A stretch of DNA of 64,000 bases from Fibrobacteria bacterium (GTDB lineage: Bacteria > Fibrobacterota > Fibrobacteria > UBA11236): NCBI GenBank assembly GCA_043732185.1, contig JAYTHY010000112.1, forward strand, positions 64,001-128,000, given 5' to 3'. Each line of letters starts with the position of its first letter. Within the stretch, counting starts at the first letter, position 1. The translations under genes and the position numbers were made by a program. The notes beneath the pieces were generated by a model. That model was not told where the DNA came from. It was given only the letters and a program-made list of their open reading frames with translations, and did no database searches. Shown here piece by piece: positions 1 through 9,530 of this stretch.

Positions 1-96
1 ACCCTATCCAAGGAAACCTTGGGAACAGGCGTACTGATGCTACGAATCAAGAATGAGGCGGGCCATTCTGTATCGGAAATTATTTCAATGTTGTAA
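1..96 (+). CDS. 3' end of a gene truncated by the window edge; looks like the last strands of a T9SS-like C-terminal domain
   Basis: Frame 1 reads TLSKETLGTGVLMLRIKNEAGHSVSEIISML-stop (TAA 94-96), resembling the 'GxYxLRI...K/Exxxx' CTD endings of neighbouring genes. Confidence 0.55.
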   Translation, partial: TLSKETLGTGVLMLRIKNEAGHSVSEIISML

Positions 97-264
97 TGAT
101 GCAGCCTATCCAAAGGGCTGGAAAATCCAATTATTCTGGTTCAATCCTCAAGCTTTTAGGGAAAACCTCCAGATCGGGGGAGTTCCTTCCAGATTTTAGG
201 GTGACAAAGGCAGGTATGGCCGGTTAGTTTTTACAGTCCAACCCTGAATTTTTTGGAGCGAACC

Positions 265-930
265 ATGAATTTTAAATTAAAAGCCCTGCCTATGCTTTCA
301 ACCACGTTTTGTCTTTTCATTGCGACTGTATTGGTCCTTCCTCATGAAACGCATTGTGCACCCTTGCTAATCACCAAAAAAGATTTTTCCATCACCTTTC
401 AAGATGGCTGGTCGGTATTCTCCTTTCCAGGTATGCCAGTGAACGATAGTGGATTTATAGTCGCAGACACAGGTAGTAATGAAGCAGACGCTTACGGCCA
501 GGGTCAGAAAATTACAGGTTCACTAACCGCGAAACAAATAGCGGCCATATATACTTCCACTTTTATAATCGATTTTGCGCGCACAGACAGTAGTGATAAG
601 AAATTAGGAAAGTATACTTTTTCAACGGCTGGATATAAGGATACTTCGGTTACTGGGGATCCTACTAGTCGGATCCGTTTATATGTGACAACGCAGGGCA
701 ATTATGTATTCATGGCCATAGTTAGCTATAATACCGATACAGGACTTGCTTCTGTTGCTCGTATGGAAACCGCTTTGGCCACGCTCAATATTACCGCATT
801 AGCTGGTATTCGGAAGCACCTAGCGTTTCGTAACGACCGCTCCCCCAGCACCAACTTCAATATACAGGGCCGGGTCGGGGATTCCCCCTCCAATCGAATT
901 CTACGCAGTCCAGTCTTCCAAAGGCCATAG
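265..930 (+). CDS. Secreted hypothetical protein with short basic C-terminal tail
   Basis: ATG 265 after GGAG; hydrophobic signal peptide; tail AGIRKH...FNIQGR...RSPVFQRP. Confidence 0.7.
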   Translation: MNFKLKALPMLSTTFCLFIATVLVLPHETHCAPLLITKKDFSITFQDGWSVFSFPGMPVNDSGFIVADTGSNEADAYGQGQKITGSLTAKQIAAIYTSTFIIDFARTDSSDKKLGKYTFSTAGYKDTSVTGDPTSRIRLYVTTQGNYVFMAIVSYNTDTGLASVARMETALATLNITALAGIRKHLAFRNDRSPSTNFNIQGRVGDSPSNRILRSPVFQRP

Positions 931-986
931 CGCCGAAAACCCCTATTTGACCTTGGCATAAGCCAGTCCCTTGTCCTATAATCTTT

Positions 987-1895
987 TTGCCAATTGGGCA
1001 AAAAATTAATGGGGAGGGTGGTATCGTCACTTTGCGACAGTTCGCGGCCAATGAGGTGATCATTCATGAGAATGAGCCTGGTGAGTTTGCCTACATCATC
1101 GAAAAAGGCTTGGTGGAAATAACCAAAATTTTAGAGGGAAAGCAGGTGCATATCGCCAGGTTGGAAAAAGGTGCAGCCTTTGGTGAAATGAGCCTGATTG
1201 ACGAAATGCCGCGTAGCGCAACGGTTACGGCTCGAGAAGAAACCTTGGTGCGTGAAATCCACCGCGACGATCTTTATAACACCATGAAGGACCATCCAGA
1301 AGCCGTCATGGTAATCTTGAAAAGGATTTTTGAACGCCTGCGTGAATCGAACATGCAATTGGTGCAAGCCCGACTCCAGACACAAAAAAATCAGCAGCCT
1401 ATGAATGATCCCAGTTTTACAAGTGCAGGATCAGGAGCGGAAACGGAAGCGGGACTAGCATCTGGATCAAGAATTTCCGGAGATGTCATAAATGTTCCGG
1501 ATGTGGCCACAATGCAGACTGTTTGTTTATTGGAAGGCATAACTATCGAGGCTGCCGATGCCATGCCGCAAAACCCATTAAGTTTTGGGATTTTCCCCTT
1601 TAAGATTGGACGAAAGAGTCGAGATCCTATCGTCAGCAATCATTTGGAAATCGAAGATCGGGCGCCGCTGCAGGTTTCCCGGCACCATGTCAGTATCGTA
1701 AAAGTCGGGGACAAAATTGGCGTGGTGGATCGTGGCAGCCAATTGGGCGCCTCAGTGGATGGCGTTCGAATTGGCGGGAACGCCAGCCCTGGCCCAGTAT
1801 TTTTTCAAGGCAGGGAAGGGCTGTTGGTCCTTGGCCCCGAAACGTCTCCTTACCGATTCAAAATCAGCCTGAACGGGTCTCCAGGCCAATCTTAA
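987..1895 (+). CDS. cNMP-binding domain + FHA domain signalling protein
   Basis: N-terminal GEFAYIIEKGLVEI...FGEMSLIDEMPRSATV (cNMP phosphate-binding cassette); C-terminal KIGR...VSRHH...DRGS..G (FHA); true start may lie ~30-45 nt downstream. Confidence 0.85.
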   Translation: MPIGQKINGEGGIVTLRQFAANEVIIHENEPGEFAYIIEKGLVEITKILEGKQVHIARLEKGAAFGEMSLIDEMPRSATVTAREETLVREIHRDDLYNTMKDHPEAVMVILKRIFERLRESNMQLVQARLQTQKNQQPMNDPSFTSAGSGAETEAGLASGSRISGDVINVPDVATMQTVCLLEGITIEAADAMPQNPLSFGIFPFKIGRKSRDPIVSNHLEIEDRAPLQVSRHHVSIVKVGDKIGVVDRGSQLGASVDGVRIGGNASPGPVFFQGREGLLVLGPETSPYRFKISLNGSPGQS

Positions 1896-1901
1896 TCTGA
1901 A

Positions 1902-3086
1902 CTACCAGACTACTGCTACGGTTAAACCAAAAGCCAAGCCGCTGGACACGTAATACATTACGGGAATATCGAGTTTAACGGGACCTACGCCTATACCGAG
2001 TCCGCTCATGACGCGCAGTCGGGCAAAGGACGGTCCATTATTGCTGCTGCCATCTATTTTGACATCGGCGGGATTGAATTTTGCCTTAGTTGTATCGGTC
2101 TTGATAGTGGCCTTGGCCAAGCCTTCCAATACGATTTTATTTGATCCGAAATTCATGTCAAAGCCCACGCCGGCCGTTACATTTATCAAACCCCAAAGAA
2201 CGCTGACGGCAGTTACCGCATCAACAGGTATGGTATAGGTGGATACTTCCTGGCCCATGTTAAAGCTAGGGATAAGATTTATGCCTGGGTCGTTGGTAAA
2301 ACCCAGTTGGTCTAGAAAAACTTTTCGGGCGGTAGAATCTGAACTGGAGGTTGCGGCCCCAAGCAAGTCCTTTCCAAATGGAATCGCATTTTGAATGGTA
2401 TCGGCTTTAATTAAGAAATTGATTTTCTCGCTTTGCATGTACAGGCCAGATCCGATGGAAATACCACGCCACTTGATCAAGCCCACCAGGCTCTTTGTAT
2501 CCAGCAAACGGTAATTGAGGCCCATGCCCATGACTTTGAAATCCAATCCAAACCCATTACGATTTATTTTTGCTCCGCCGTATTTTGCATTAGCGTAAAG
2601 GCCCGGCATGAGAAACCCAGCATTGATGCCGACATTTAGGTAGGTAATGCCGATGCCGAGACCTGCATACACATCTCCCTTCCGAGTGATTTCATCACCA
2701 ATTTTACTGTAGTAACTTAAACTGGTGCTGGGCGCCTGTACGCCCACCATAAGTCCCGTAGCCACTGCAAAGAGTGAATAATTTTGAAACCCTTGTAAGG
2801 TAGCCGAATTCATAGAATAAGCGTTGGCATTGGCAAATCCTTGGGCGAGATCTTTTTGCTGTTTGTATTTCGACAGGTTTTTTCTGGCAGTGTCAAGTGT
2901 GCTGGTAAAGGACTTGGCCAAAGTGATGTTCAGGTTATTCCTAAATTGGGCTAATTGAGGGTTCGCATTTGCGGCATCATTCACAATGACCAGCACAGGG
3001 GGATTTCCGGTAATATCGAGACTTTTTCCAATAGAAAAAAGGCCAAGCAATGCAGTTAAAAAAAGACCATAAAATCTAGTTTCCAT
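1902..3086 (-). CDS. Putative outer-membrane/surface protein resembling spirochaete Lsa36-like family
   Basis: Signal peptide from METRFYG; amphipathic beta-strands (GLIKWRGISIGSGL, GVGFDMNFG, GPVKLDIPVMYY) and terminal aromatic W; family recognition from memory. Confidence 0.6.
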   Translation of the reverse strand: METRFYGLFLTALLGLFSIGKSLDITGNPPVLVIVNDAANANPQLAQFRNNLNITLAKSFTSTLDTARKNLSKYKQQKDLAQGFANANAYSMNSATLQGFQNYSLFAVATGLMVGVQAPSTSLSYYSKIGDEITRKGDVYAGLGIGITYLNVGINAGFLMPGLYANAKYGGAKINRNGFGLDFKVMGMGLNYRLLDTKSLVGLIKWRGISIGSGLYMQSEKINFLIKADTIQNAIPFGKDLLGAATSSSDSTARKVFLDQLGFTNDPGINLIPSFNMGQEVSTYTIPVDAVTAVSVLWGLINVTAGVGFDMNFGSNKIVLEGLAKATIKTDTTKAKFNPADVKIDGSSNNGPSFARLRVMSGLGIGVGPVKLDIPVMYYVSSGLAFGLTVAVVW

Positions 3087-3206
3087 GGATTGTCCTATTG
3101 TGAAAAGTGAAGAAAAGCAGTCCCATAAAATGCAGATAAGGTACAGCCCCCGCATTTTTCTGATTATAGCACCACATTACTGCCAATTTCCAATATGGAA
3201 ATTGGA

Positions 3207-4385
3207 TTACTGAGCAGGCAAGTCCACTATTTGCCAGCCCTTTGCGCCAAATCTCAAGTCCCGTTCCACAAACGTCCACACCACTAATTTCTTTTGCATT
3301 AGCAGATCACCCCGACGTGACAATAGTTGACGCACGACCGTGGATGCTCCGCCATCATTGACCAACGAGGTCAAGGGGCGATTGAGTCGGTACGCCAGGT
3401 GTGCAATGATACCGGAACTGGTGGGCTCATCGGTTTGGTAGATGCGAGAGAAGCTGTCTCCCAGCCACAAGATCGGGGAAAGTGTGTCGTCTTGATACGG
3501 CAGACTGGTCTGGAGGTCGAGAACTTTTCGAATAGACATATTTTCTTTTTCCCAAATGCTTTTGCGATTGGGAACTTTAGTCATCTCCGCAATATCGCCC
3601 CATCTTTCCACCGAAGTGTTTTTCAACGCATAGCGAGGATGCCAAGATCTATTGGGGTAAAGCCCAAACCCCAATTTTCGAATTTTTGTCGCAATGATTT
3701 CTGCGGCCACTTCCATTCCATGGGGAGACCAATGGGTATCGCGCATCAAGTACAGTGGCGGTCCACCTTGGGTTTTGGCTACAAGCATGGGTGTAAAAAG
3801 ATCCACGGTTTGGACGTTGTGATTTTTCAAATCTTCCAGTAGAACTAGGCTAGGGGAAACGGGTTGTCCGGAAAAACCTTTCCAGAGTTTTTCTGGATAG
3901 ATGCTTGGCTTGCCTGGAATGGGAATAATGAGCAACTCAATGCCACGCGCTTTTAATCGGTTCCGGAAATCCAAGATCGCATAAAGTGGGTTGCGTAAAT
4001 TAATCCGTTTGCCATTTAGCAATGAGTCGAAAGTGCCTTTATAAAACCGTGCATCGGTATAAGGGGGTTGGAGCAGATAGTCCGCATCCTGATTGTAGAA
4101 AAGCCAGCCGTCTTCGCCCGGTAGGGACTTGGGGGCCATCTCACCAAAAAATTGAAATCTCAATTGCAGAGTTCGAGGTCGGAGCCATTTGGAAAAGAGG
4201 CTGCGGTCCTTGGCGTTATCATCCCAGCGGTGTAAGCTGGCCTTGGTGGGAAGGGTTTTTAATAGTTCGAATAGATACGGGCTTTCTTTTTCAACCGCAA
4301 CCTCATAGCAAACTTGGAACAGTGGAATGCCGGCGCAAACTAAAAGTAAGCTTGCAACTATTGTCCACTCCAGTTTACGCAGCAT
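3207..4385 (-). CDS. AlgJ/AlgX-like SGNH-type periplasmic O-acetyltransferase
   Basis: N-terminal TM anchor, GEDGWLFY, IPIPGKPSIYPE, catalytic DTHW (DxH) and LGDSFS motifs; 3 nt downstream of the MBOAT gene. Confidence 0.85.
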   Translation of the reverse strand: MLRKLEWTIVASLLLVCAGIPLFQVCYEVAVEKESPYLFELLKTLPTKASLHRWDDNAKDRSLFSKWLRPRTLQLRFQFFGEMAPKSLPGEDGWLFYNQDADYLLQPPYTDARFYKGTFDSLLNGKRINLRNPLYAILDFRNRLKARGIELLIIPIPGKPSIYPEKLWKGFSGQPVSPSLVLLEDLKNHNVQTVDLFTPMLVAKTQGGPPLYLMRDTHWSPHGMEVAAEIIATKIRKLGFGLYPNRSWHPRYALKNTSVERWGDIAEMTKVPNRKSIWEKENMSIRKVLDLQTSLPYQDDTLSPILWLGDSFSRIYQTDEPTSSGIIAHLAYRLNRPLTSLVNDGGASTVVRQLLSRRGDLLMQKKLVVWTFVERDLRFGAKGWQIVDLPAQ

Positions 4386-4388
4386 GAT

Positions 4389-5822
4389 TCAGAATTGGAA
4401 ATACAAAAAGGGGTTGAAACTTTGCGTATACATCATTACTACGGCGAATAAAAACAGGCCGAAAGCTAATGCCGATTTCCCCCAGGTTAGGCGCGCGCCA
4501 AATTCATAACTCTGTACAGGTTGGTATATGGCAATCGCGCAAAGGGCCATGTTCAATAGATTGTTAAAGTGATACACCTCGGCATGCAAAAGACCCGCGA
4601 AGGGGCTAGCCGTTTTCCAGCCGAACATACAGCCCAAGTACTGGAAGGCATGGGGGAGGCCATCGGCGCGGAAAAAAACCCAGGTGATGAGCACAACCAA
4701 AAAAGTGAATGCCACGCGAACTGAATGTGGCATCTTGGCATAAATTGGTTTTTTACCACCCCAGCGTTCTAGGCCAAGCATCAGTCCATGGATAGCCCCC
4801 CAAAAGATAAACTGCCATTGTGCGCCATGCCAAAACCCACCCAAGAGCATGACCAAGGCTAGGTTGATATAAGTGCGACGCTCACCCTTGCGGTTGCCGC
4901 CTAAGGGAACATATAGGTAGTCGCGCAACCAGGTGGACAGGGAAATATGCCAGCGCCGCCAGAAATCCGTAATGCTGTCTGCATGGTAAGGTGCATTGAA
5001 ATTTCGAATAAGTTCGAACCCAAATAGCATGCCTAGGCCTAAGGCCATCAGGGAATATCCATTGAAGTCGAAATAGATTTGAAAGGCATAGGCGAGTACG
5101 CCCCACCACGCTTCGAGGGGGTGCGGGCTCTGAGCGGCGAATACGGCATCGGCTATTTTTCCTACAGGGTTGGCCAACAGAATTTTCATTGAGAAGCCGA
5201 TGAAAAACAGGATGGCTCCGCGCGCGAAAAGCTGCACGCTATGGGTACGCGAATGCAGTTGAACCGCGAGAACTTTGTAGCGCAGGATGGGCCCGGCTAC
5301 CAATTGCGGGAAAAGGGAGACGAAGGCGGAAAAATCCGCGAAGGAGCGCACAGGTTTTTCGCCTCGATAGACATCGATCACATAACTCATGCTGTGGAAG
5401 GTATAGAAGGAGATGCCGATGGGGAAAGCGATTTGTAAAACGCTGAAGGTGGGTTGTCCGACGGCTTCGAGCAAGTGGTTGAGATTGATCTGGGTGAATA
5501 CGCCATACTTGAACAGGCCGAGCAAACCAAGGTTTGAAATCATGGAAATAGTAACAGCCAGCTGGCGATGCCGCACATGCAGGTTGGGGCGGCCCAAGTA
5601 AAGTCCGCAGCCATAGTCGAAAACATTGGTGAAAAGCATCGGGAAGACAAACCAAGGTTCAAACCACGCGTAAAATGCATAGCCCATAAAGGTCAGCCAA
5701 AGATTGCGCATCCAGAAACGGGATTTTCCCAAAGCTGGATTTTTTTGGAATGGAATCAGGTAATAAATGGCCAGGGTTAGCGGTAGGAAATAGAAAAGGA
5801 AAATGTCTTCCGTGAAAACCAT
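4389..5822 (-). CDS. algI: MBOAT family O-acyltransferase, AlgI/DltB/PatA type
   Basis: PIGISFYTFHSMSYVIDVYRG, FPQLVAGPI, QIYFDFNGYS, FWRRWHISLSTWLRDYLYVPLGG, GFWHGA (catalytic His), C-terminal FLYFQF. Confidence 0.93.
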   Translation of the reverse strand: MVFTEDIFLFYFLPLTLAIYYLIPFQKNPALGKSRFWMRNLWLTFMGYAFYAWFEPWFVFPMLFTNVFDYGCGLYLGRPNLHVRHRQLAVTISMISNLGLLGLFKYGVFTQINLNHLLEAVGQPTFSVLQIAFPIGISFYTFHSMSYVIDVYRGEKPVRSFADFSAFVSLFPQLVAGPILRYKVLAVQLHSRTHSVQLFARGAILFFIGFSMKILLANPVGKIADAVFAAQSPHPLEAWWGVLAYAFQIYFDFNGYSLMALGLGMLFGFELIRNFNAPYHADSITDFWRRWHISLSTWLRDYLYVPLGGNRKGERRTYINLALVMLLGGFWHGAQWQFIFWGAIHGLMLGLERWGGKKPIYAKMPHSVRVAFTFLVVLITWVFFRADGLPHAFQYLGCMFGWKTASPFAGLLHAEVYHFNNLLNMALCAIAIYQPVQSYEFGARLTWGKSALAFGLFLFAVVMMYTQSFNPFLYFQF

Positions 5823-5841
5823 AGGATTCTAAAACAGTGTC

Positions 5842-6921
5842 CTATTCGAACCAAATGTCCGGCCACCGATCATTACCCGTATGGTAAGTGAGGCGCGCCG
5901 ATTTTTCAAATGGATCGCCAATCTTCCAGAGTTGCACTTCATAATCGGCGAGATCGTGATCATGGCCTCTTTGCGTCGCACACCAGATGAGAAAGTCCCC
6001 TTTTGGCGAAAGCCTGGGAAAATATTCATGCGATCTACGGCCGGGAAGATCCATGAACACGATATTCTTGCCGTCTATTTTTCCACCATCAATTTTGCCA
6101 TGCGTTCCGTCCTCATTGAGGTCGAAGGCGAAGATGGATGTGCCACCGAGGCCGGTTTCGTTAACACGGATACACCGGTGGGAATTCGGGAAAAAGCTGA
6201 ACTGGCAGCCTCCTCCTGAGGTAAAATAATGGTGGGTCGAAAGATTTAAAATGCCCGTCTCTCGTGAACTCCCCCGCAATGTTAGAGCTAAAAATCGACC
6301 GTCATCGGATAGGGAAGGGTGCTGGGCCAATCCGCCTTTCCAATCTTTGTCTCCGTCCGCGAGCAAGACTTCGCCACTTCCGTCTGGATTGCATTTGAAT
6401 ACCTTGGGGCCGCGTGAAAATACAATGGCTTTGCCATCCCGAGTCCAGCATGCCCACGTTGAGTTTGGAATAAGCAGGTGCTCCTCGCTGCCATCCGTAT
6501 GGATGACAAACGTGTCCCAGCGCTCTGGGTAGTTGGCGTCCGTTTCAATGGTCCAATCCAACTTTGAACGTGTGAACAAAACCAATTTTCCATCTGGTGA
6601 AAATCGGGAATACCAATCGGTTTTAGGGCCTTTAGTAAGAGGATGGGAATCGGTTCCATCGATATTCATAATATAAATATCGTGATTGGCATCACGGGAA
6701 GTAGACCAAATGATTTTGCCCTTGAGGTTTTGAGTCAATGCCTTTTGGGCGGCTTGCTCTTCCGGTTCAGGTGTTACGGGTCGGCCCCTGGGCGGCTCGG
6801 CTGCGATCATTTGGACAAATCCGGAAAACAGGAGAAAGAGCAACAGGAATGGGCATGAATGGAAGGCACGGATAATGGCGGGTATTTTAAGGACGCACTT
6901 ATTAGAGCTGAAATTCAACAT
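5842..6921 (-). CDS. TolB-like (PD40) beta-propeller periplasmic protein
   Basis: Signal/TM segment; repeats DIYIMNIDGT, FSPDGK, WTRDGK, LSDDGR, LSPKGD; first gene of the MBOAT operon. Confidence 0.8.
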   Translation of the reverse strand: MLNFSSNKCVLKIPAIIRAFHSCPFLLLFLLFSGFVQMIAAEPPRGRPVTPEPEEQAAQKALTQNLKGKIIWSTSRDANHDIYIMNIDGTDSHPLTKGPKTDWYSRFSPDGKLVLFTRSKLDWTIETDANYPERWDTFVIHTDGSEEHLLIPNSTWACWTRDGKAIVFSRGPKVFKCNPDGSGEVLLADGDKDWKGGLAQHPSLSDDGRFLALTLRGSSRETGILNLSTHHYFTSGGGCQFSFFPNSHRCIRVNETGLGGTSIFAFDLNEDGTHGKIDGGKIDGKNIVFMDLPGRRSHEYFPRLSPKGDFLIWCATQRGHDHDLADYEVQLWKIGDPFEKSARLTYHTGNDRWPDIWFE

Positions 6922-7014
6922 GTCATCTCCTACCCGAGGCTATTTTAAAAGTATAGAATTTGATCGAGATGGAAAGGATTTAGGTTAAGATCTCTTTCTA
7001 TTTTAGGGAGTCGA

Positions 7015-8223
7015 ATGCAGTTTTTCCTACGTCAAATGTTGTCTCTCCCCTGTATATTCTGTGTCATTGCCTGTAATAATCCAGGATCCGGTCCCGTTTA
7101 CTTTCCTCCGAATCCTTGCGAAAATCCATCTGAATTGGCGCTGCCACCAATTGCCGTAACAACGCATACACATCCAATAAGGGTGAGCGGCAGCTTCATT
7201 ACCTTGTCAGGCATGCACTGGGCTCCAGTCGATTCAGTGCGGGCTTTTTTCGGAGGCAAAGCTGTCAAGCTTGTGTTTACATTGAACCGGCAATTGTATT
7301 TAGTGGATTACACAGGTACTGAAGCCACAGTGACGCGTATTTCGCATGACGATGAAAGCTTAACAGGGGCATTGGGGTCTATCAATAGCCCACTGTTTTC
7401 CCCTGATGGAAAAAAGATTGTATACGCTGGAACTACCCGTGGCCAACCTGCTTTCATTTTGGATGCTGTGCCAGGTGGACAGGAGGCCTGGCGCGTTCCT
7501 CTCGACCCCAAAGCCCATGTGACGGCCGATCCACATTGGCATAGTGAAGGGGGTAAGACCTGGATTTATTTTGCCACGCTGGCCGGCTTGGTCAATTATT
7601 CAAGTTCCTGTGGGCAGATAAACGGCAGTACCTACAGAGTGGAAGTTCTGGGTGATACGCTACTTGGTCCCATTGATACTTCCGGCATCCCGGGTGCTTA
7701 TCGTGGTGGGCTGTCTTTGGATGGGGAATGGGCTGGTACCTCATATGCTACCTCGGCTTTGTATAACCGTATGGAAAGAAATACGCGAACCCTGGCGAAT
7801 GGTGAACAACAATGCAATCCATCCATGAATCCCTTTCCCATAGGCAGTTTCCATTCGGATTATATGATGATTTTGGCTTTCGGCGGTGTGTACTATAGAA
7901 CCATAACCGGAGACAGTATAACAGAAGGATTACATGAGAATCTATGGATATATAACCGCAATGACTTGATAGTATGGCAGGCCAAACGGACCGACGAAAC
8001 ATATTACCTGCGATGGGATAAACCGGAATGGTCTACCCATCCGCAATATGCAACGGCAGTGGCGCTTCAAAGGGTTAGCGGCGACGGCGACCTGTTTGTG
8101 ATCAGAATCGGGGATTTGGCCAATGCCACGGAAGGTGCCCTCAACCAAGCACAAGGCTATTTAAAAATCGGATCCGGCGGATTTACCAGTGATTCCTACT
8201 CGCACCTCTGGGTGGCCCCTTAA
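7015..8223 (+). CDS. Lipoprotein with TolB-like propeller resembling the core of Fibrobacter paralogous family TIGR02171
   Basis: Lipobox VIAC; motifs LYLVDYT, FSPDGKKI, GAYRGGLS, NGEQQCNPS, LAFGG, HENLWI, WDKPEW parallel those I recall for TIGR02171. Confidence 0.65.
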   Translation: MQFFLRQMLSLPCIFCVIACNNPGSGPVYFPPNPCENPSELALPPIAVTTHTHPIRVSGSFITLSGMHWAPVDSVRAFFGGKAVKLVFTLNRQLYLVDYTGTEATVTRISHDDESLTGALGSINSPLFSPDGKKIVYAGTTRGQPAFILDAVPGGQEAWRVPLDPKAHVTADPHWHSEGGKTWIYFATLAGLVNYSSSCGQINGSTYRVEVLGDTLLGPIDTSGIPGAYRGGLSLDGEWAGTSYATSALYNRMERNTRTLANGEQQCNPSMNPFPIGSFHSDYMMILAFGGVYYRTITGDSITEGLHENLWIYNRNDLIVWQAKRTDETYYLRWDKPEWSTHPQYATAVALQRVSGDGDLFVIRIGDLANATEGALNQAQGYLKIGSGGFTSDSYSHLWVAP

Positions 8224-8258
8224 AGGGCAGGCCCATGCACTCAAAGGAAGATTGAAGC

Positions 8259-9488
8259 ATGCAGTTACCTTCAAAAAAAAATCAGGCTCTCGACCGTTCC
8301 AAAAGCCATGCGCTAAAAGCACTGTTCGCATTGGGGGCTGCGGTATTGATGGGGGTTATTTGGGTTAGGACGCCACGCAATTATGGAGAAGAGGTGGCTG
8401 TTTGGAACAATATTGGCGGGTGCGGAAGCAGTGGGGGAGGGGCCGCGGCAGGTGCCGGCAAATGGGTGGGACGCGGCGTGAGCGGAGGATTGGTGGACCT
8501 GGAAATCCTGTCCAATAAAACACTTGGCGGAGATTATCTCTATTCTTCCGTCGCGGGATCCACTACGCTCCATTTCCCTGCCTATCCCGTGTGGACACTG
8601 GGCATTTCCACATCATGGAAATCCAATACGTTTGAATACGAAGGCTATAAAGTTGCAGCAGACCTTACCTCTAGGATGGAAAGAACCACCGGTGGATTCG
8701 GCGATTTGGGATTTTCAGTAAACCGGATTTTTGGTAATGAGAATGAGCACTCGCTGGGACTTTCCGCTTCCTTGCCGACAGGTCAGCATAATATTAAGCG
8801 ACTGCATTTCAAAGGCCAGAATATTGAAGCCGATGACGTCCGTTGGATGAACCCTTTTGTGCAACCAGGCACGGGTTTTTACAACTTGGGACTAAGTTAT
8901 GAATACACAAAAACTAAGGATTGGGGATTGCTGGTTTTTGGTGGAAGTTACAGTTCTGCTTTTGTTTGGGAGAATCAAGGTTGCCGCGACGGTTTGCCAA
9001 GCACGACCTCGGTTAATGATCGGGTACTAAGTTGTCAAGCTGCTAGTCCTTCACCCTTAACGTTTAAAATCTGGCAATTGCGGCATCAACCCTACTTTTT
9101 TGAGAACCCCAATCCGAATTGGGCCAATAGTTATGGGGCTCCCGGTACTGGCGCTACGAGCGCGGATGGTCTGGGTTTCTTTGCCTATATTGGACGCAAG
9201 GAAGAAAGTTCCACTCAAAATATGGGGCTCACTCTATCGGTACCTCTGGCTCCCACCTATTACTGGGAATACGGACCCGGCACAGACAACAGTCGCATGA
9301 GTACCCGCATTCGAACCAATGATTTCACTTTGAAAATCAGTACAGGTTTGGAAATCACCAACCCGAATTTCCCCATTTTTCTGTCCTTGGGTGTTCCTTA
9401 TCGACTCAACGATATTTTCGCCCGGGGACGTTTGGTGGATCCTCAAAATTATATCGGCACGGTTGGCATTCGTGGAACGTTTTTTTAA
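8259..9488 (+). CDS. Hypothetical exported protein, possibly an OM beta-barrel (MetA/phenol-degradation-like transporter motifs)
   Basis: N-terminal hydrophobic segment, Gly-rich GGCGSSGGG linker, GGFGDLGF...LSASLPTG and QPGTG motifs, C-terminal GIRGTFF. Confidence 0.55.
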   Translation: MQLPSKKNQALDRSKSHALKALFALGAAVLMGVIWVRTPRNYGEEVAVWNNIGGCGSSGGGAAAGAGKWVGRGVSGGLVDLEILSNKTLGGDYLYSSVAGSTTLHFPAYPVWTLGISTSWKSNTFEYEGYKVAADLTSRMERTTGGFGDLGFSVNRIFGNENEHSLGLSASLPTGQHNIKRLHFKGQNIEADDVRWMNPFVQPGTGFYNLGLSYEYTKTKDWGLLVFGGSYSSAFVWENQGCRDGLPSTTSVNDRVLSCQAASPSPLTFKIWQLRHQPYFFENPNPNWANSYGAPGTGATSADGLGFFAYIGRKEESSTQNMGLTLSVPLAPTYYWEYGPGTDNSRMSTRIRTNDFTLKISTGLEITNPNFPIFLSLGVPYRLNDIFARGRLVDPQNYIGTVGIRGTFF

Positions 9489-9530
9489 GTGCTGCAAAAG
9501 AGAAAAACACATGAGGAAGGATAGAACAGC

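Noticed and set aside
3207..5822. Alginate biosynthesis or dlt operon
   Set aside because: No alg8/alg44/algD/algE and no dltA/dltC in the window; only the acyl-transfer pair
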